Part shown: one piece after another, positions 36,837-47,018 of the stretch
How the letters are laid out: the number at the start of each line of letters is the position of its first letter
Position numbering within the stretch: position 1 is the first letter of the stretch
Assembly: GCA_044376115.1 (NCBI GenBank)
Contig: JBILLK010000013.1
Span: 128,001 to 192,000 of the forward strand
Source: Polyangiaceae bacterium
GTDB lineage: Bacteria > Myxococcota_A > Polyangia > Polyangiales > Polyangiaceae
DNA: 64,000 nt
Reading direction: 5' to 3'
The notes under the pieces: generated by a model
The model's input: the letters and a program-made list of their open reading frames with translations, nothing else
What the model was told of the DNA's origin: nothing
Databases searched by the model: none
Translations under genes and position numbers: made by a program

Positions 36837-37501
36837 CAGCGCGCGACCCCTGCAGCTCCGAGTCGCTGCAACGACGGCGGTGGGGCCTCCTCATAGAGCG
36901 CCGACCAGTTCACAGCCGACCCGACAACTTCGACGGCGAGCGGCTCGTAGCTACGGATGACAGCACCGGCCTCGGCGGTCTTGAACGCATCCGTCACTAG
37001 GATCTGGCCCGCCTTTGCGGTGTCCTCGCCGAGCTTGCTGGCCGCGTTGACCTGCTGCCCAAAGACGTCGCGGTCACCAACGCGCAATATCTGGCCAAAG
37101 CCGATACCGACACAGAGCAGGATCATCTCCTCCTCGCGTCGTCGACGGTTGATCAGCGAGCAGGTCGCCATCATCTCGAGCGCGCACCGCATGGCCACCT
37201 CGGCCCGCTTGAACAGGATGAGCTGACTGTCCGCCTCGCTCTTCACCATAATCCCGTCGTAACGCTCGATCACAGGATCGAGGTGCTTGCGTTGCTCCCA
37301 AATGATTTGCAAAAAATGGGTAATGCCGAACTCGGTGGTGTGGCGCGAGAAGCCCGAGAGGTCGGTGAACATCACGGCCCACTCCTGACCGAAAAGGTCC
37401 CAGATACGAGCATCGATCGCAGCAATGTCTGCGTCCGGGTGCGTCCGCTGTTCAATCAGGGACCAGAGCCTGTCTTCACTGCTCCTCAGGTTCGGCTTCA
37501 T
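36836..37501 (-). CDS. Class III adenylate/guanylate cyclase (stand-alone)
   Basis: MFTDLSGFS, VKSEADS, VGIGFG, DVFGQQVNAASKL. Confidence 0.9.
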   Translation of the reverse strand: MKPNLRSSEDRLWSLIEQRTHPDADIAAIDARIWDLFGQEWAVMFTDLSGFSRHTTEFGITHFLQIIWEQRKHLDPVIERYDGIMVKSEADSQLILFKRAEVAMRCALEMMATCSLINRRRREEEMILLCVGIGFGQILRVGDRDVFGQQVNAASKLGEDTAKAGQILVTDAFKTAEAGAVIRSYEPLAVEVVGSAVNWSALYEEAPPPSLQRLGAAGVAR

Positions 37502-37585
37502 CGCCGAGAACCTTAGCAAAGCAGAAAGTCGTCGGGCGAGAACGCGACAACCGCATCCTCGCGCCCCGCGACCGTCCCTAGCAGC

Positions 37586-37963
37586 TCAATTCGGAACCCA
37601 ACGCTGCACGGCCTCCAGCGTGTCGGCTGGCGTGGTGTTGAAGCAGATCCTCGCGCGCGGGGCCTGCTCGTGCACGACGTTAAGGAGCTTCTCGAACAGC
37701 AGGAAGTAGGGCGCGCCCATGCGAATGCCGGCGCCGATCACCACGCAGTCGAACGGCTGCTCGGCGAGAGCCTTCGTCACCGTCGCCTCAGCGGTCTCAC
37801 CGAGATCGACAGGGCACCAGTGAGCCTGGTAGCCGCTGTCGGTCAGCTTCTGCACGACGGCGCTGATCCCTTTCATGAGCAGCTCGGCGGTGGCGCCCGG
37901 CGGCGCCGCCGACAGGTCGACGAGAGACGGTTCGATTCCGATGTAGAGGACGCGAGCAGCCAT
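37586..37963 (-). CDS. Conserved hypothetical protein, paralog 2 of 24394-24774
   Basis: Near-identical protein sequence to paralog 1. Confidence 0.85.
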   Translation of the reverse strand: MAARVLYIGIEPSLVDLSAAPPGATAELLMKGISAVVQKLTDSGYQAHWCPVDLGETAEATVTKALAEQPFDCVVIGAGIRMGAPYFLLFEKLLNVVHEQAPRARICFNTTPADTLEAVQRWVPN

Positions 37964-38104
37964 GGGCGGAGATTAGCCGAGAGGCGCTGGCGTGCGAGTA
38001 CGCGTGTGCTCCAAAAGCTACCTTCGGCCCTTCGATAGAGCGTCTACCGTCTGAAGGTCGCGCGACTGTTCGCGTCTCCGCGTCTCGTCGCCTAAACTCC
38101 CGCC

Positions 38105-38230
38105 ATGGCTGATTGGCTTGCGACCTCCCCATGGATCAGCGGTGGACTTCGCATCACCCGCACCGCACTCGCGGAGATGGAGCGAGAGATGCTCCGTGGA
38201 TCTCTTGTCCGAATGGGGCGTCGAGCATAG
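38105..38230 (+). pseudogene. N-terminal fragment, possibly of a JAB/Mov34 (M67) protein, joined out of frame to vgrG
   Basis: TAAACT box 6 nt before ATG; MADWLATSPWISGGLRITRTALAEMEREMLRG, then enters vgrG sequence in another frame and stops. Confidence 0.4.
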
Positions 38231-39875
38231 GGCAGTCGTCGACCCCAGCGCGCACCTCGGGCGCAAGTTCCGCGTGCAGTACGGAGAGTCGGACTACGAC
38301 TTCATTCGGCGGATGCTGGAGGACGCGGGCATCAGCTTCTTCTTCGAGGACACCGGGGAGACGACGGTGATGGTCCTCTCGGACGAGCCGCAGCTCACCG
38401 AGGTACGTCACCCGCTGCTGCGATTCCACGATCAACCCGGCGTCACCGACGCGAGCTTCGTGACGCAGGTCGCAGTCGGGCAGCGCACGCGCCCGGCGAA
38501 GCAGACCATCGGCGACCTCGACTATCGCCGGCCGAGCTCGCAGCAACCTCGACTGTCGGCCCGACGAGGTTTGCCCCAAGAGGCGGCACTCGAGCAATTC
38601 GACTACGAGCCCGGCGCGTTCCTCTACCAGGGCGCAGGCGGCGGCAACACGCCGAGCGCTGACGACCGCGGGGTTGCTCGTACGAACGAGCAACAAGGTG
38701 CTCGCAAGTCCGAGGGGCGCCTGCTCGGTCGTCGTCAAGATGCAAAGACTGTCCGCTTCGTCTCTGACGTGATCGAGCTGAGTCCGGGGGTCGCGCTGAG
38801 CGTGGCAGACCACCCGCACCCTGCCGTGACGTCGAGCGCGCTGCTCGTCACCCGGGCGGTGCTCGCGGGCCAGCACGACGGCGAGTGGCGGGTTCACATC
38901 GAGTCGGTCGCCGCCACGGATCCGTTCCGTCCTCAGCCCACTTCGACCAAGCCCAGGGTGCGCGGGCTCGAGAGCGCGACGGTCGTCGGCCCAGGGAGCG
39001 AGGAGATTCACACGGACGAATACGCACGCGTGCGGGTCCACTTCCACTGGGATCGCGAAAGTCAGCGCGACGAGGCCAGCTCCTGTTGGATCCCCACGAA
39101 CCAGCCCTGGGCTGGGGCTGGCTTTGGTGCGGTCAACATCCCTCGAATCGGGCAAGAGGTGCTCGTGGAGTTCCTGGGCGACGACCCGGATCGCCCCGTC
39201 GTCCTCGGCCGTGTTTTCACGGAGCAGAACCCCCCCGGCTACCCGATGCCGGCGGGGATGAGGCTCACCGGCTTGATCGGTAAGTCGAGTCCGCAACTCG
39301 TCGCAGGCGCTGGGATCAGCCAGTTCGACATCTCCGACATGATATCGAAGAGCTGGTCAGAGCCGGCGTTCAAGGCCGCGCCGCCCGAGCCCCTGTCCCC
39401 TCACTCCAGCGACAACGCCTTCGTCGTCGGGGACGCGCAGGGAGGTGACATCACTTATATCCAAGCACGTAGGGACCTCACCATCCTCGCAAAGAACAAG
39501 TGGACGACCGTAGTCGGCAACTACCGCGGTTGCTACGTGGGAGGCAACGACGCCCTGCATGTAAAGAACAAGCAACAGGTCGACGTCGGGGAGAACCAAC
39601 TCGTGAAGGTCTGGCACAACCAGAACATCAGGGTCGGCGAGCTCCGCGAGGAGAAGATCGAGGGCCACGCGGGTATTTCGGCGCTCTCCGACCTGCAGAT
39701 CAAGAGCGACGGCGTCATCAAATACAACGCCAAGACAGGCATCCTCACCGAGAGCGACGAGACGGTGCGCCTACAGGTTGGGACCTCTCAGGTCATCGTC
39801 AACAATACGTCCATCGCCATCAAGGCTGACAAGGTCGAGATCAACTCGCCCTACACGACCGGCGGGAGCTTCTAA
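38196..39875 (+). pseudogene. vgrG: 5'-truncated VgrG
   Basis: Similarity to the downstream VgrG starts at DLLSEWG; ~120 N-terminal codons missing; QYGESD, EIHTDEYARVRVHFHWDR, PRIGQEVLVEF intact. Confidence 0.85.
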
Positions 39876-39885
39876 GGAGCTATCG

Positions 39886-41943
39886 ATGATTAACGCCCCC
39901 TCGAATGACGCCTGGACCACCATCGCCAGCGGAGACCCGGTCGATGTGCGGAGCTTTTCCGTACGTCAACGGATGAACGAGCTCTTCCTGATTGAGCTCG
40001 TGGTCGTCTCGACCAACCTCGATATCGACTTCGACGAGGTGATCGGACAAGACGCCGACTTCGCACTGCAGACCGCGGCCGGCGTCCAACGCTGGAGCGG
40101 TGTCTGCATCGAGATGGCGCAGGAGCGCGTGGAGGAGGCCGGCCTCGCGACCTACCGTATCCAGCTGGCACCCCGCGCTTGGCTGATGACGCAGCGGAAG
40201 AACTACCGAATCTTCCAGTTCGAGTCGGAGCTCGACATCGTGAAGAAGCTGCTCTCCGAGTGGGGTGTCGCGTACGAGACGCGCGTCGGCAGCCACAAGC
40301 CGCGCAAGTTCAGAACGCAATACGGCGAGACGGACTTCGCGTTTTGCAGTCGGCTGCTCGAGGACGCCGGGATCAACTACACGTTCGAGTCGTCCGACGA
40401 CGGCACGAAGATCGTCCTCGACGATGCCCCCGAATCGCGGGAGCTGACCCACCCGCTGCTCCGGTTCCACGACGAGCCCCGCGTCACGGACGGCAGCTTC
40501 ATCACCAAGGTCGGGATCCGCTCGCGAACGCGACCGGGCAAGATGACCATCGGGGACATCGACTATCGCCGCCCGAGCGCAGGACAGCCGCGGCTCGAGG
40601 CAAGCTTCGGGCTCGCGCAAGAGTCGGCTCTCGAGCAGTTCGACCACGAGCCGGGTGCGTTCCTCTACCAAACCGGCGCTGGCGGAACGCCGTTCGCCGA
40701 TGATCGCGGAGCGAGCCGCACCGACGAGTCGGTCGGCGCGCAAAAGACGATGAATCGGCTCCTTGGCAAGCGAGGCGATGCGAAGGTCGTGCGCTTCGAG
40801 TCGGATGTGCTGGCGCTCGAACCGGGTCGCATCCTCACGGTCGTCGACCACCCCCATCGCGCGCTCGAGCCGACCATCAGCCTCCTCGTCGTCGGCGCGT
40901 GCATCGCGGGCGAGCATGCGAGCGCGTGGCGCGTGCAGGTCGAGGCCGTGCGAACCGACGTTCCCTATCGACCGGCCCCCATCACGCCGAAGCCGGTCGT
41001 GCCCGGGCTCGAGAGCGCGACGGTCGTCGGCCCGGGCGGGGAAGAGATCCATACGGACGAGTTCGCACGCGTGAGGGTGCATTTCCACTGGGACAGAGAG
41101 AGCTCGCGCAACGAGTCGAGCTCTTGCTGGGTCCCCACCAATCAGCCTTGGGCCGGCAGAGGGTTCGGTGCGATCAACATGCCTCGCATCGGCCAGGAGG
41201 TGCTGGTCGAGTTCTTGGGCGGGGATCCCGATCGCCCCGTCGTGATTGGACGGGTCTTCACGAGGTCCAATCCAGTTCCGGACAAGCTCCCAAAGTACAA
41301 ACATGTCTCCGGGTTCATGAGTGAGTCGACGCCGCGGCTGGTGATGGGGGCTGCCGGCGACGGAGGTGTCGGAGCCAATAGCGGGCTCTTCGGCGGGACC
41401 CCCATGTCGCCGGAACAGATCCACTCGACGGTCACCCAAGCCGGCCCGTTCCAGGCCGCCTCTCCCACCGGGCAGACGCATGCCTGGAGAGGCAGCGGCC
41501 TCAAGCTCGATGACTTTAGCGGCAGCGAAATCTGCTACATCCAAGCCAACAGAGACCTGCACGTCGTGGTCGCAAACGACTGGAAGTCAGTGGTAGGAAA
41601 CCACCGCACGGCTACGATCGGCACCGATGACATCACCCACGTGAAGGCGAATCAGACGGTCGTCGTCGACGTCGACCAGAAGACGACCGTGACAGGCGAC
41701 GCGATGACCAAGGTCGAGCGCGATCGCTCCGACCAGGTCCTCAAGAAGCACACGATGGAGGTCAACAAGACGATCACCACCGAGTCCAAAGTCGGCAACC
41801 TCACGATCTACGCAAAGGGCGACATCACCTTCGAGTGCGACGAGACCATCGAGCTGAAGGCGCGGCACTCGTTCATCAAGCTGATGCCGACGGAGATCGT
41901 CGTGCAGTCCGCAGACAACAAGGTCGACATCAACCCCGTTTGA
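39886..41943 (+). CDS. vgrG: Type VI secretion spike protein VgrG (TssI)
   Basis: AAGGAG RBS; RIFQ, QYGETD, EIHTDEFARVRVHFHWDR, PRIGQEVLVEFLGGDPDRP, gp5-like beta repeats, ends VDINPV. Confidence 0.95.
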   Translation: MINAPSNDAWTTIASGDPVDVRSFSVRQRMNELFLIELVVVSTNLDIDFDEVIGQDADFALQTAAGVQRWSGVCIEMAQERVEEAGLATYRIQLAPRAWLMTQRKNYRIFQFESELDIVKKLLSEWGVAYETRVGSHKPRKFRTQYGETDFAFCSRLLEDAGINYTFESSDDGTKIVLDDAPESRELTHPLLRFHDEPRVTDGSFITKVGIRSRTRPGKMTIGDIDYRRPSAGQPRLEASFGLAQESALEQFDHEPGAFLYQTGAGGTPFADDRGASRTDESVGAQKTMNRLLGKRGDAKVVRFESDVLALEPGRILTVVDHPHRALEPTISLLVVGACIAGEHASAWRVQVEAVRTDVPYRPAPITPKPVVPGLESATVVGPGGEEIHTDEFARVRVHFHWDRESSRNESSSCWVPTNQPWAGRGFGAINMPRIGQEVLVEFLGGDPDRPVVIGRVFTRSNPVPDKLPKYKHVSGFMSESTPRLVMGAAGDGGVGANSGLFGGTPMSPEQIHSTVTQAGPFQAASPTGQTHAWRGSGLKLDDFSGSEICYIQANRDLHVVVANDWKSVVGNHRTATIGTDDITHVKANQTVVVDVDQKTTVTGDAMTKVERDRSDQVLKKHTMEVNKTITTESKVGNLTIYAKGDITFECDETIELKARHSFIKLMPTEIVVQSADNKVDINPV

Positions 41944-41956
41944 CCGCAGGGCCGCT

Positions 41957-42520
41957 TCACCCATCCAGGTCGCGAATCTGGCCCTCGAGCTTGCGTGCGC
42001 CGCGCCGATTGAGCCACACGATGCCTCCTAGCGTCGCCAAGGTGATTGCCAGGACGACCAGGAAGACCGGCCAGCCCTCGGGCTTGGAGATGAAGGCTCC
42101 GCCCAACAAGACAACGAAGCCCGGAATGCTCGGACCGACGTACCAGAGCGGCACGCTGCGCAGGAACTCAAGCTGGCGTTGAAGCTCGCGGCGATGCCAC
42201 GCCACAAGCACCTCCGTAGGCCCGCTGACGGGTGGAGCCACCTCCGCGGCGCGGCCACGCAGACGGATGTTGGCCATCATCACGCCGGTGCCGGCGACGA
42301 GCAGCAACGCACCAGCACGCATCAGGACCGGCTTGTCGCCAAGCGCGTAGACCGCCAGAAACGCAGCTACGCCCAGCCCAGCGATGTACTCACTCGCGTT
42401 GCGTCGTTTGATCGTCGATTGGAACTTCGTGGCTTCGGTCATCAGGACTTGCATGTTCTTCTCCGTTTTCGGGACATCTTGGGATTGCCAGAGTCGTTCG
42501 AGATCATCGGGCGGGGTCAT
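41957..42520 (-). CDS. Membrane protein, probable anti-sigma partner
   Basis: DDLERLWQSQ N-terminus, four hydrophobic segments, ATGA overlap with ECF sigma gene. Confidence 0.75.
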   Translation of the reverse strand: MTPPDDLERLWQSQDVPKTEKNMQVLMTEATKFQSTIKRRNASEYIAGLGVAAFLAVYALGDKPVLMRAGALLLVAGTGVMMANIRLRGRAAEVAPPVSGPTEVLVAWHRRELQRQLEFLRSVPLWYVGPSIPGFVVLLGGAFISKPEGWPVFLVVLAITLATLGGIVWLNRRGARKLEGQIRDLDG

Positions 42521-43035
42521 GCTTCACCTTCCAGCCGCTGTTTGAGGACAGAGCGGATTCGCGAGAGCTTGGTCGTCACGTTGGTCGGCGAGAGGCCGGT
42601 GACCTCCGCGATTTCGGAGGCCGGCAGCCCCTCGAGCAGTAGCAACACCAGTTGCCGATCCACCGGTTTGAGCGACGCCACGAGCGCCTTTAGTCGCGCG
42701 AGCCGCTGCTGCTGATCGATCACAGCGTCGGCGCGCAGCTCCAGCGAGATGGGCTCGCTCGCGAGGTCGTCGATCGACGTCCAGCGCGTGTGGCGTCGTC
42801 GGCTCCCGCGAACCGAGTGGCTGATCCCAATGTTGTGAGCGATTCGAAACACGAACGTGCGGAGCGAGCTGCGCTCCTCGAAGGTAGGGAGCGCACGGGC
42901 GATGGCGATGAGGATCTCCTGCACGAGGTCCTGCTGTAACGAAGGATCCTGCTCATAGCTGCGCGCCAAACGCTGGAGCGCCGAGCCGTGGAGCTCGATC
43001 ACCTCGTGCAGCCGCGCTTCCGTGTCCTTGACCAT
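42517..43035 (-). CDS. ECF RNA polymerase sigma factor
   Basis: DLVQEI, F..RSSLRTFVFRIAHN, EIAEVTGLS..NV..KLSR. Confidence 0.93.
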   Translation of the reverse strand: MVKDTEARLHEVIELHGSALQRLARSYEQDPSLQQDLVQEILIAIARALPTFEERSSLRTFVFRIAHNIGISHSVRGSRRRHTRWTSIDDLASEPISLELRADAVIDQQQRLARLKALVASLKPVDRQLVLLLLEGLPASEIAEVTGLSPTNVTTKLSRIRSVLKQRLEGEA

Positions 43036-43160
43036 CGAATGACCCAGGTAGTCTGCGGCCAGCTGCGCTTGTCACAGAAATAGTGATGTCGACCTCCAAT
43101 TCATCGCCGCCGTAGTCAAACAGGGCGATTGATGCGTCCGCGCCGATCTACCATCTGCCC

Positions 43161-43751
43161 GTGGGCGTTGATTTCGCAATCGAGTTCGAGCCGCGGCAAC
43201 CGTCTCTCAGCGAAGTGACGGAAGAGGAGATCGTGCAGCACTATCGCGCCAGCGTCCCTTCGGGGAACCCGCCGCTCTCGGCCATTCGAGAGCACGTGGT
43301 GCGCGCGCTCGCGGTTGCACGTGGGACAGAGCCTGACCCGATCGCAGCGTTGCATAACCGCTTCGTGGACGAGTTTGGTCGCTACCGGATTTGGTTCGAC
43401 GCCGACCTCGAGAAGCTCGCGAAGGAACTCGGCGTCACGCCTTTGCAGCGCTTTCAACGCGACCCGGGAGCCGCGCCCATCGCAGCCGGCGAGTTCGTCT
43501 TCGACAGCCCGGAGGAGGAGCAGGCTTGGCTCGCCGAGCGCGAAAGAGAGCGACAGCGCCACACGGCCGAGCGCGGCCCCGGCTGGAATGCGTGGTGTGC
43601 TCCGGCAGACGGGCTGCGCAGCGTGCGCGCACTCCACGCCGCGATCGCGCCCTCCGCACAGGACCAACGTGCGTGCCTTGCGCTGCTCGAGGAGATGCTC
43701 GCGATCGCCGAACGCGAGCAGCGCCGCTTTCGCGTGCTCGCGTTCTGGTAG
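43161..43751 (+). CDS. Hypothetical protein
   Basis: GTG after TACCAT box; coherent codon bias. Confidence 0.65.
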   Translation: MGVDFAIEFEPRQPSLSEVTEEEIVQHYRASVPSGNPPLSAIREHVVRALAVARGTEPDPIAALHNRFVDEFGRYRIWFDADLEKLAKELGVTPLQRFQRDPGAAPIAAGEFVFDSPEEEQAWLAERERERQRHTAERGPGWNAWCAPADGLRSVRALHAAIAPSAQDQRACLALLEEMLAIAEREQRRFRVLAFW

Positions 43752-43770
43752 TGGGGACTGAAGGACGCCG

Positions 43771-44766
43771 CTAGGAACCGTACTCGACCTTGCCGACCTT
43801 CAGATCGAAGTCGGTCGCATTGAGCACTCGCTCGACGTTCTCATTCACGCGCACGCGCACCACCGAGCGTTTGCCAGGAGCGATGTGGGGGATGGCGACG
43901 TCGCCTCCCATCGGTACCCACGCTGCACCAAGCGGGCCCATCACGCCGTCCGCCTCGCGAGGCACGACCTCCAGCTCTAGCCGCGTGATCGCCTTACTGC
44001 CCTGATTGTGGATCACGACCACGAGCTCGGTGGTCTTATCGTGGCGAGTCTCGAGCCGCTCGACAGCGACCAGCGACAGGCCTACCTGCGAACTCCCATC
44101 AAGCTTCGCAGGCGCCTCGGGCAGGGAGTAGCGCCAGTCGAGGTGGTGCTCGAGCGAGGGCTTCCACAGGCCCGCGTCGCGAGCCCCGAGAGCTCCCTCA
44201 CGCGACGCGACGAGCCGCGTGAGTTGGACCTGGGCGCGCGCATACTTGCCAGCGTCCTCGATGCGGACGACGCGGTACCAGCCTTCCTCGTCGCCCTGGA
44301 GTGGATGCGTCCCCTTGGAACTCTCGCGGACAACACCGCGCTCATCGGCGATCCTGACTTCGTAGCTGATCCCCGCGGCGCCCTTGGGGGCTCCGTGAGC
44401 CCAGAGAACGACGTCGCGCCCGCTGCGGACCGCGCGCAGCGTCACCGGTGCGCCGTCCATTCTCGGCGCCGGTGCAGGCCACCTCGGAGTATTGCCGACT
44501 GCCACCGTCTCGAGGTCGCGGAGAGGATCCAGGCCACTGGCCTCGAGCGTTTGCAAGAAGGTGGGGGCACTCGCGGCCTTTGCGCTCGAGGCCTTCGCAG
44601 TGGGAGGAGCTGGCGCCGGGCTGGCTGACAAGGTCGTTTCATGGAGAGCCTGCGAGGTGAGCTCGGACGAGCTGCTATCGACGTCGCAGCCGCTGGCGGC
44701 GACGGCGACCACGAAGGAGAGGACGGACGGGAGGCGCGAGGTCGTAGGCCGGATCTGCATGCCCAT
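43771..44766 (-). CDS. Hypothetical lipoprotein
   Basis: Lipobox ASGC, Ala/Pro/Ser linker, beta-rich domains. Confidence 0.7.
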   Translation of the reverse strand: MGMQIRPTTSRLPSVLSFVVAVAASGCDVDSSSSELTSQALHETTLSASPAPAPPTAKASSAKAASAPTFLQTLEASGLDPLRDLETVAVGNTPRWPAPAPRMDGAPVTLRAVRSGRDVVLWAHGAPKGAAGISYEVRIADERGVVRESSKGTHPLQGDEEGWYRVVRIEDAGKYARAQVQLTRLVASREGALGARDAGLWKPSLEHHLDWRYSLPEAPAKLDGSSQVGLSLVAVERLETRHDKTTELVVVIHNQGSKAITRLELEVVPREADGVMGPLGAAWVPMGGDVAIPHIAPGKRSVVRVRVNENVERVLNATDFDLKVGKVEYGS

Positions 44767-44806
44767 CCTCTACGCCGAGCGTTGCTCCGGCCTGTCCCGA
44801 TAGATC

Positions 44807-45754
44807 GTGCCAACCGCTTACTGGGTGCCGATACTTCGTGCCACCAGGGCTGATAGCTTCTCGTGGGTGCTGATCGCTCGCGCCGAGAAGCGGCTCCGTG
44901 ACGCCTCCCTGCGCCTCGATCTGGCCTTTGCGCCGGACCTGTGGACGAACGTCGTGGTACGGCGCGGGCTCCTGCTCGACACGAGGTTCGTCACTGCCTA
45001 TCGCGGCCCCGCGCGGCCCGGGCACTGCATCTACCTCCTCGCGCGCGGGCGCGTCGAGCTCGACGACGGCACGTCGACGAGCGTTCGCGTCGGCCCGAGC
45101 GCGTGGACGCTGAGCGCCGAGGAGCTCGAGGGCGCAGACGGAAGGCGCGTGCTCAACTTCCGAAACGCTGGCGACCCGTTCGTGGCGTGCGAGGTCCACG
45201 TCCGCTCCGAGGAGCTGCTCGTGCACTCTGCCCGCAGTGCGCAAACGATGATTCTCGACGACGACGTCTGGCTCCGCGTGGAGCGGCTCGCTGCGATGCC
45301 CACGGCGGCCACTGACGACGCTGTCGAGGCCGAGATCTTCAGCTTGATCGACGGGCTTCGCCGCAGTGGGGTGCTCCACGCGCGCGCGGCGGAGCGTGCG
45401 CGGAGCCGCGTGCCGCTCGAGCGGCTGTGGCGCGGGGTGCGGCCGCTCGCCGAGCGCCTCGACGTCGCCGCGACGCTCGATCAGCTTGGGGAGCTGGCTA
45501 GCACGTCGCGTCGCCAACTCGATCGCTATGTGCACGCCTTCTTCGAGCAAGTCCCGCTGGTCGGGGGCGGCTTTCGGTCTGCGACGCTCCACCTCCGCCT
45601 CAAGCTCGCGGTGCTCTTCCTGTCCGCGGAGGGCGTCACCGCCACCGAGGTTGCGGCCCAGATGGGCTACGGAAGCATCGACGCGATGGGCCGAGCCTTT
45701 CGCGACGCTGGTCTGCCGTCTCCCTCCGTCGTGCAGTCCTCGCTGCGGCCCTGA
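44807..45754 (+). CDS. AraC-family regulator
   Basis: SRRQLDR, EVAAQMGYGS..AMGRAFRDAG; start uncertain. Confidence 0.8.
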   Translation: MPTAYWVPILRATRADSFSWVLIARAEKRLRDASLRLDLAFAPDLWTNVVVRRGLLLDTRFVTAYRGPARPGHCIYLLARGRVELDDGTSTSVRVGPSAWTLSAEELEGADGRRVLNFRNAGDPFVACEVHVRSEELLVHSARSAQTMILDDDVWLRVERLAAMPTAATDDAVEAEIFSLIDGLRRSGVLHARAAERARSRVPLERLWRGVRPLAERLDVAATLDQLGELASTSRRQLDRYVHAFFEQVPLVGGGFRSATLHLRLKLAVLFLSAEGVTATEVAAQMGYGSIDAMGRAFRDAGLPSPSVVQSSLRP

Positions 45755-45862
45755 GCTAACCGCAACCCGAGCTTCGCCCACGGAAACCGAAGCGCACGGC
45801 CCTCGCGAAGCGACGCTCTTCCGACGTTGCCACAAGCCAGCGAAAGGACTAGCAGCGAACCC

Positions 45863-46873
45863 ATGAACAAGGTCGTCCTCCCGACTCGCCTCGCCTGGCC
45901 CCTCGTTGCATTCGTCGCCGGGTGCAGCTCGGATCCAGCACCGAAGACCCCGCCCGCCGAGGTGTCGGTGCCGACACCGAGTGCGACGCTCACGACCCAG
46001 CCCACGACTGAGGTGACGGCAACGAGCAGCGCAGCGGCGCCGACGGCCGCACCCTCCGCCGAAGTCACCGCGCCTCCGTTCCAAGAGATGGTCAACGGCG
46101 CTGCGGCCCTCAAGCTCGACGGCGTCCCCACGGGCTCGTTCACAGGCGCACGCGCGTGGGTGCCACGAGGCCACCACCTCGAACCCCAAAACAAGGGAAT
46201 CTCCTTCAGGGAGGTCCAGTGGCTCGCCGTGGACGTCAAGAAGTCGGAGAACGGCTGGGTCTTCTTCGACAACGCCCTCACCAATCAAAAGCGCGCTGAG
46301 GCGGTGCCCGCGTTCTTCGCCCTTCCCACGGCGAAGAAGCTCCCGCCAAAGGGCACGATTGCGCGCTGCGCGGCGTTCGCCGCTCCCGGCACGTTGGCCG
46401 TGGCGGAGCTTGCGACGGGTGCACTGGTCGTCGCTCGCTTCGAGGGGGAGAAGGCCGGTAAACCCGTGTGTACGAGCGAGCTCTACGGGGAGGTCGAGAC
46501 GGCCCCCGATGGGGTTTGGGCCTTCCCGACGAAGCTCGAGCCGGGCGCGGTGGTGGACGTGCAAGAGGGCGGCAAGTCGAAGATGGCCGGGGAGGTCTAT
46601 GGGCTCGCGGGTGACGAAGTCTGGGTTCGGCCGATGGGTTCCGACGCGCGCAACAAATCCGGAGCGCCGCTGGTCAAGGTCAAGAAGGGCGACGTTAAGC
46701 TCGCGCAGCTGTCGCTGACCAAGCCCTGGAAGGTGGGCGACAAGGTGCTGATGGTGTCGGCGGAGGGCCCTTGGGTCGAGGCCGCGATCAGCGACGTCGT
46801 CAAGGATGGCCTGGCCTACCGACTCGACGGGCGAAAGGACATCCGCTACGCCCACCAGGTCGCGAAGAAGTAG
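45863..46873 (+). CDS. Hypothetical lipoprotein
   Basis: Lipobox VAGC, Pro/Thr/Ala linker; C-terminal SH3/Tudor-like segments (inference). Confidence 0.75.
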   Translation: MNKVVLPTRLAWPLVAFVAGCSSDPAPKTPPAEVSVPTPSATLTTQPTTEVTATSSAAAPTAAPSAEVTAPPFQEMVNGAAALKLDGVPTGSFTGARAWVPRGHHLEPQNKGISFREVQWLAVDVKKSENGWVFFDNALTNQKRAEAVPAFFALPTAKKLPPKGTIARCAAFAAPGTLAVAELATGALVVARFEGEKAGKPVCTSELYGEVETAPDGVWAFPTKLEPGAVVDVQEGGKSKMAGEVYGLAGDEVWVRPMGSDARNKSGAPLVKVKKGDVKLAQLSLTKPWKVGDKVLMVSAEGPWVEAAISDVVKDGLAYRLDGRKDIRYAHQVAKK

Positions 46874-47018
46874 CAGTTGCGACCTCTGCGGCCGTGTGCG
46901 CGCCAATGAAGGTGGCGCATCTCACGGCCGCTTCTTTGTGCGAACCTGCTTGAGCACCTCGCAGGTGAGGTCTTGCACGTCGCTCGTCGGCAGCACGCAG
47001 ATCGAAGGGTGAGGCCGC

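Noticed and set aside
35458..36894. 478-aa ORF as a single gene
   Set aside because: Its first ~340 codons are the antisense of the Cys-rich repeats; only the last ~136 look coding
36836..37501. Cyclase as a Pycsar/CBASS-type defence enzyme
   Set aside because: Ordinary stand-alone class III motifs with the adenine-type Lys; no adjacent effector gene
44675..46906. 743-aa minus-strand ORF (also 39880-41562, 49090-50694, 50827-52008, 12202-13311)
   Set aside because: Antisense shadows of well-supported genes, expected in high-GC DNA; Arg/His-rich with no motifs
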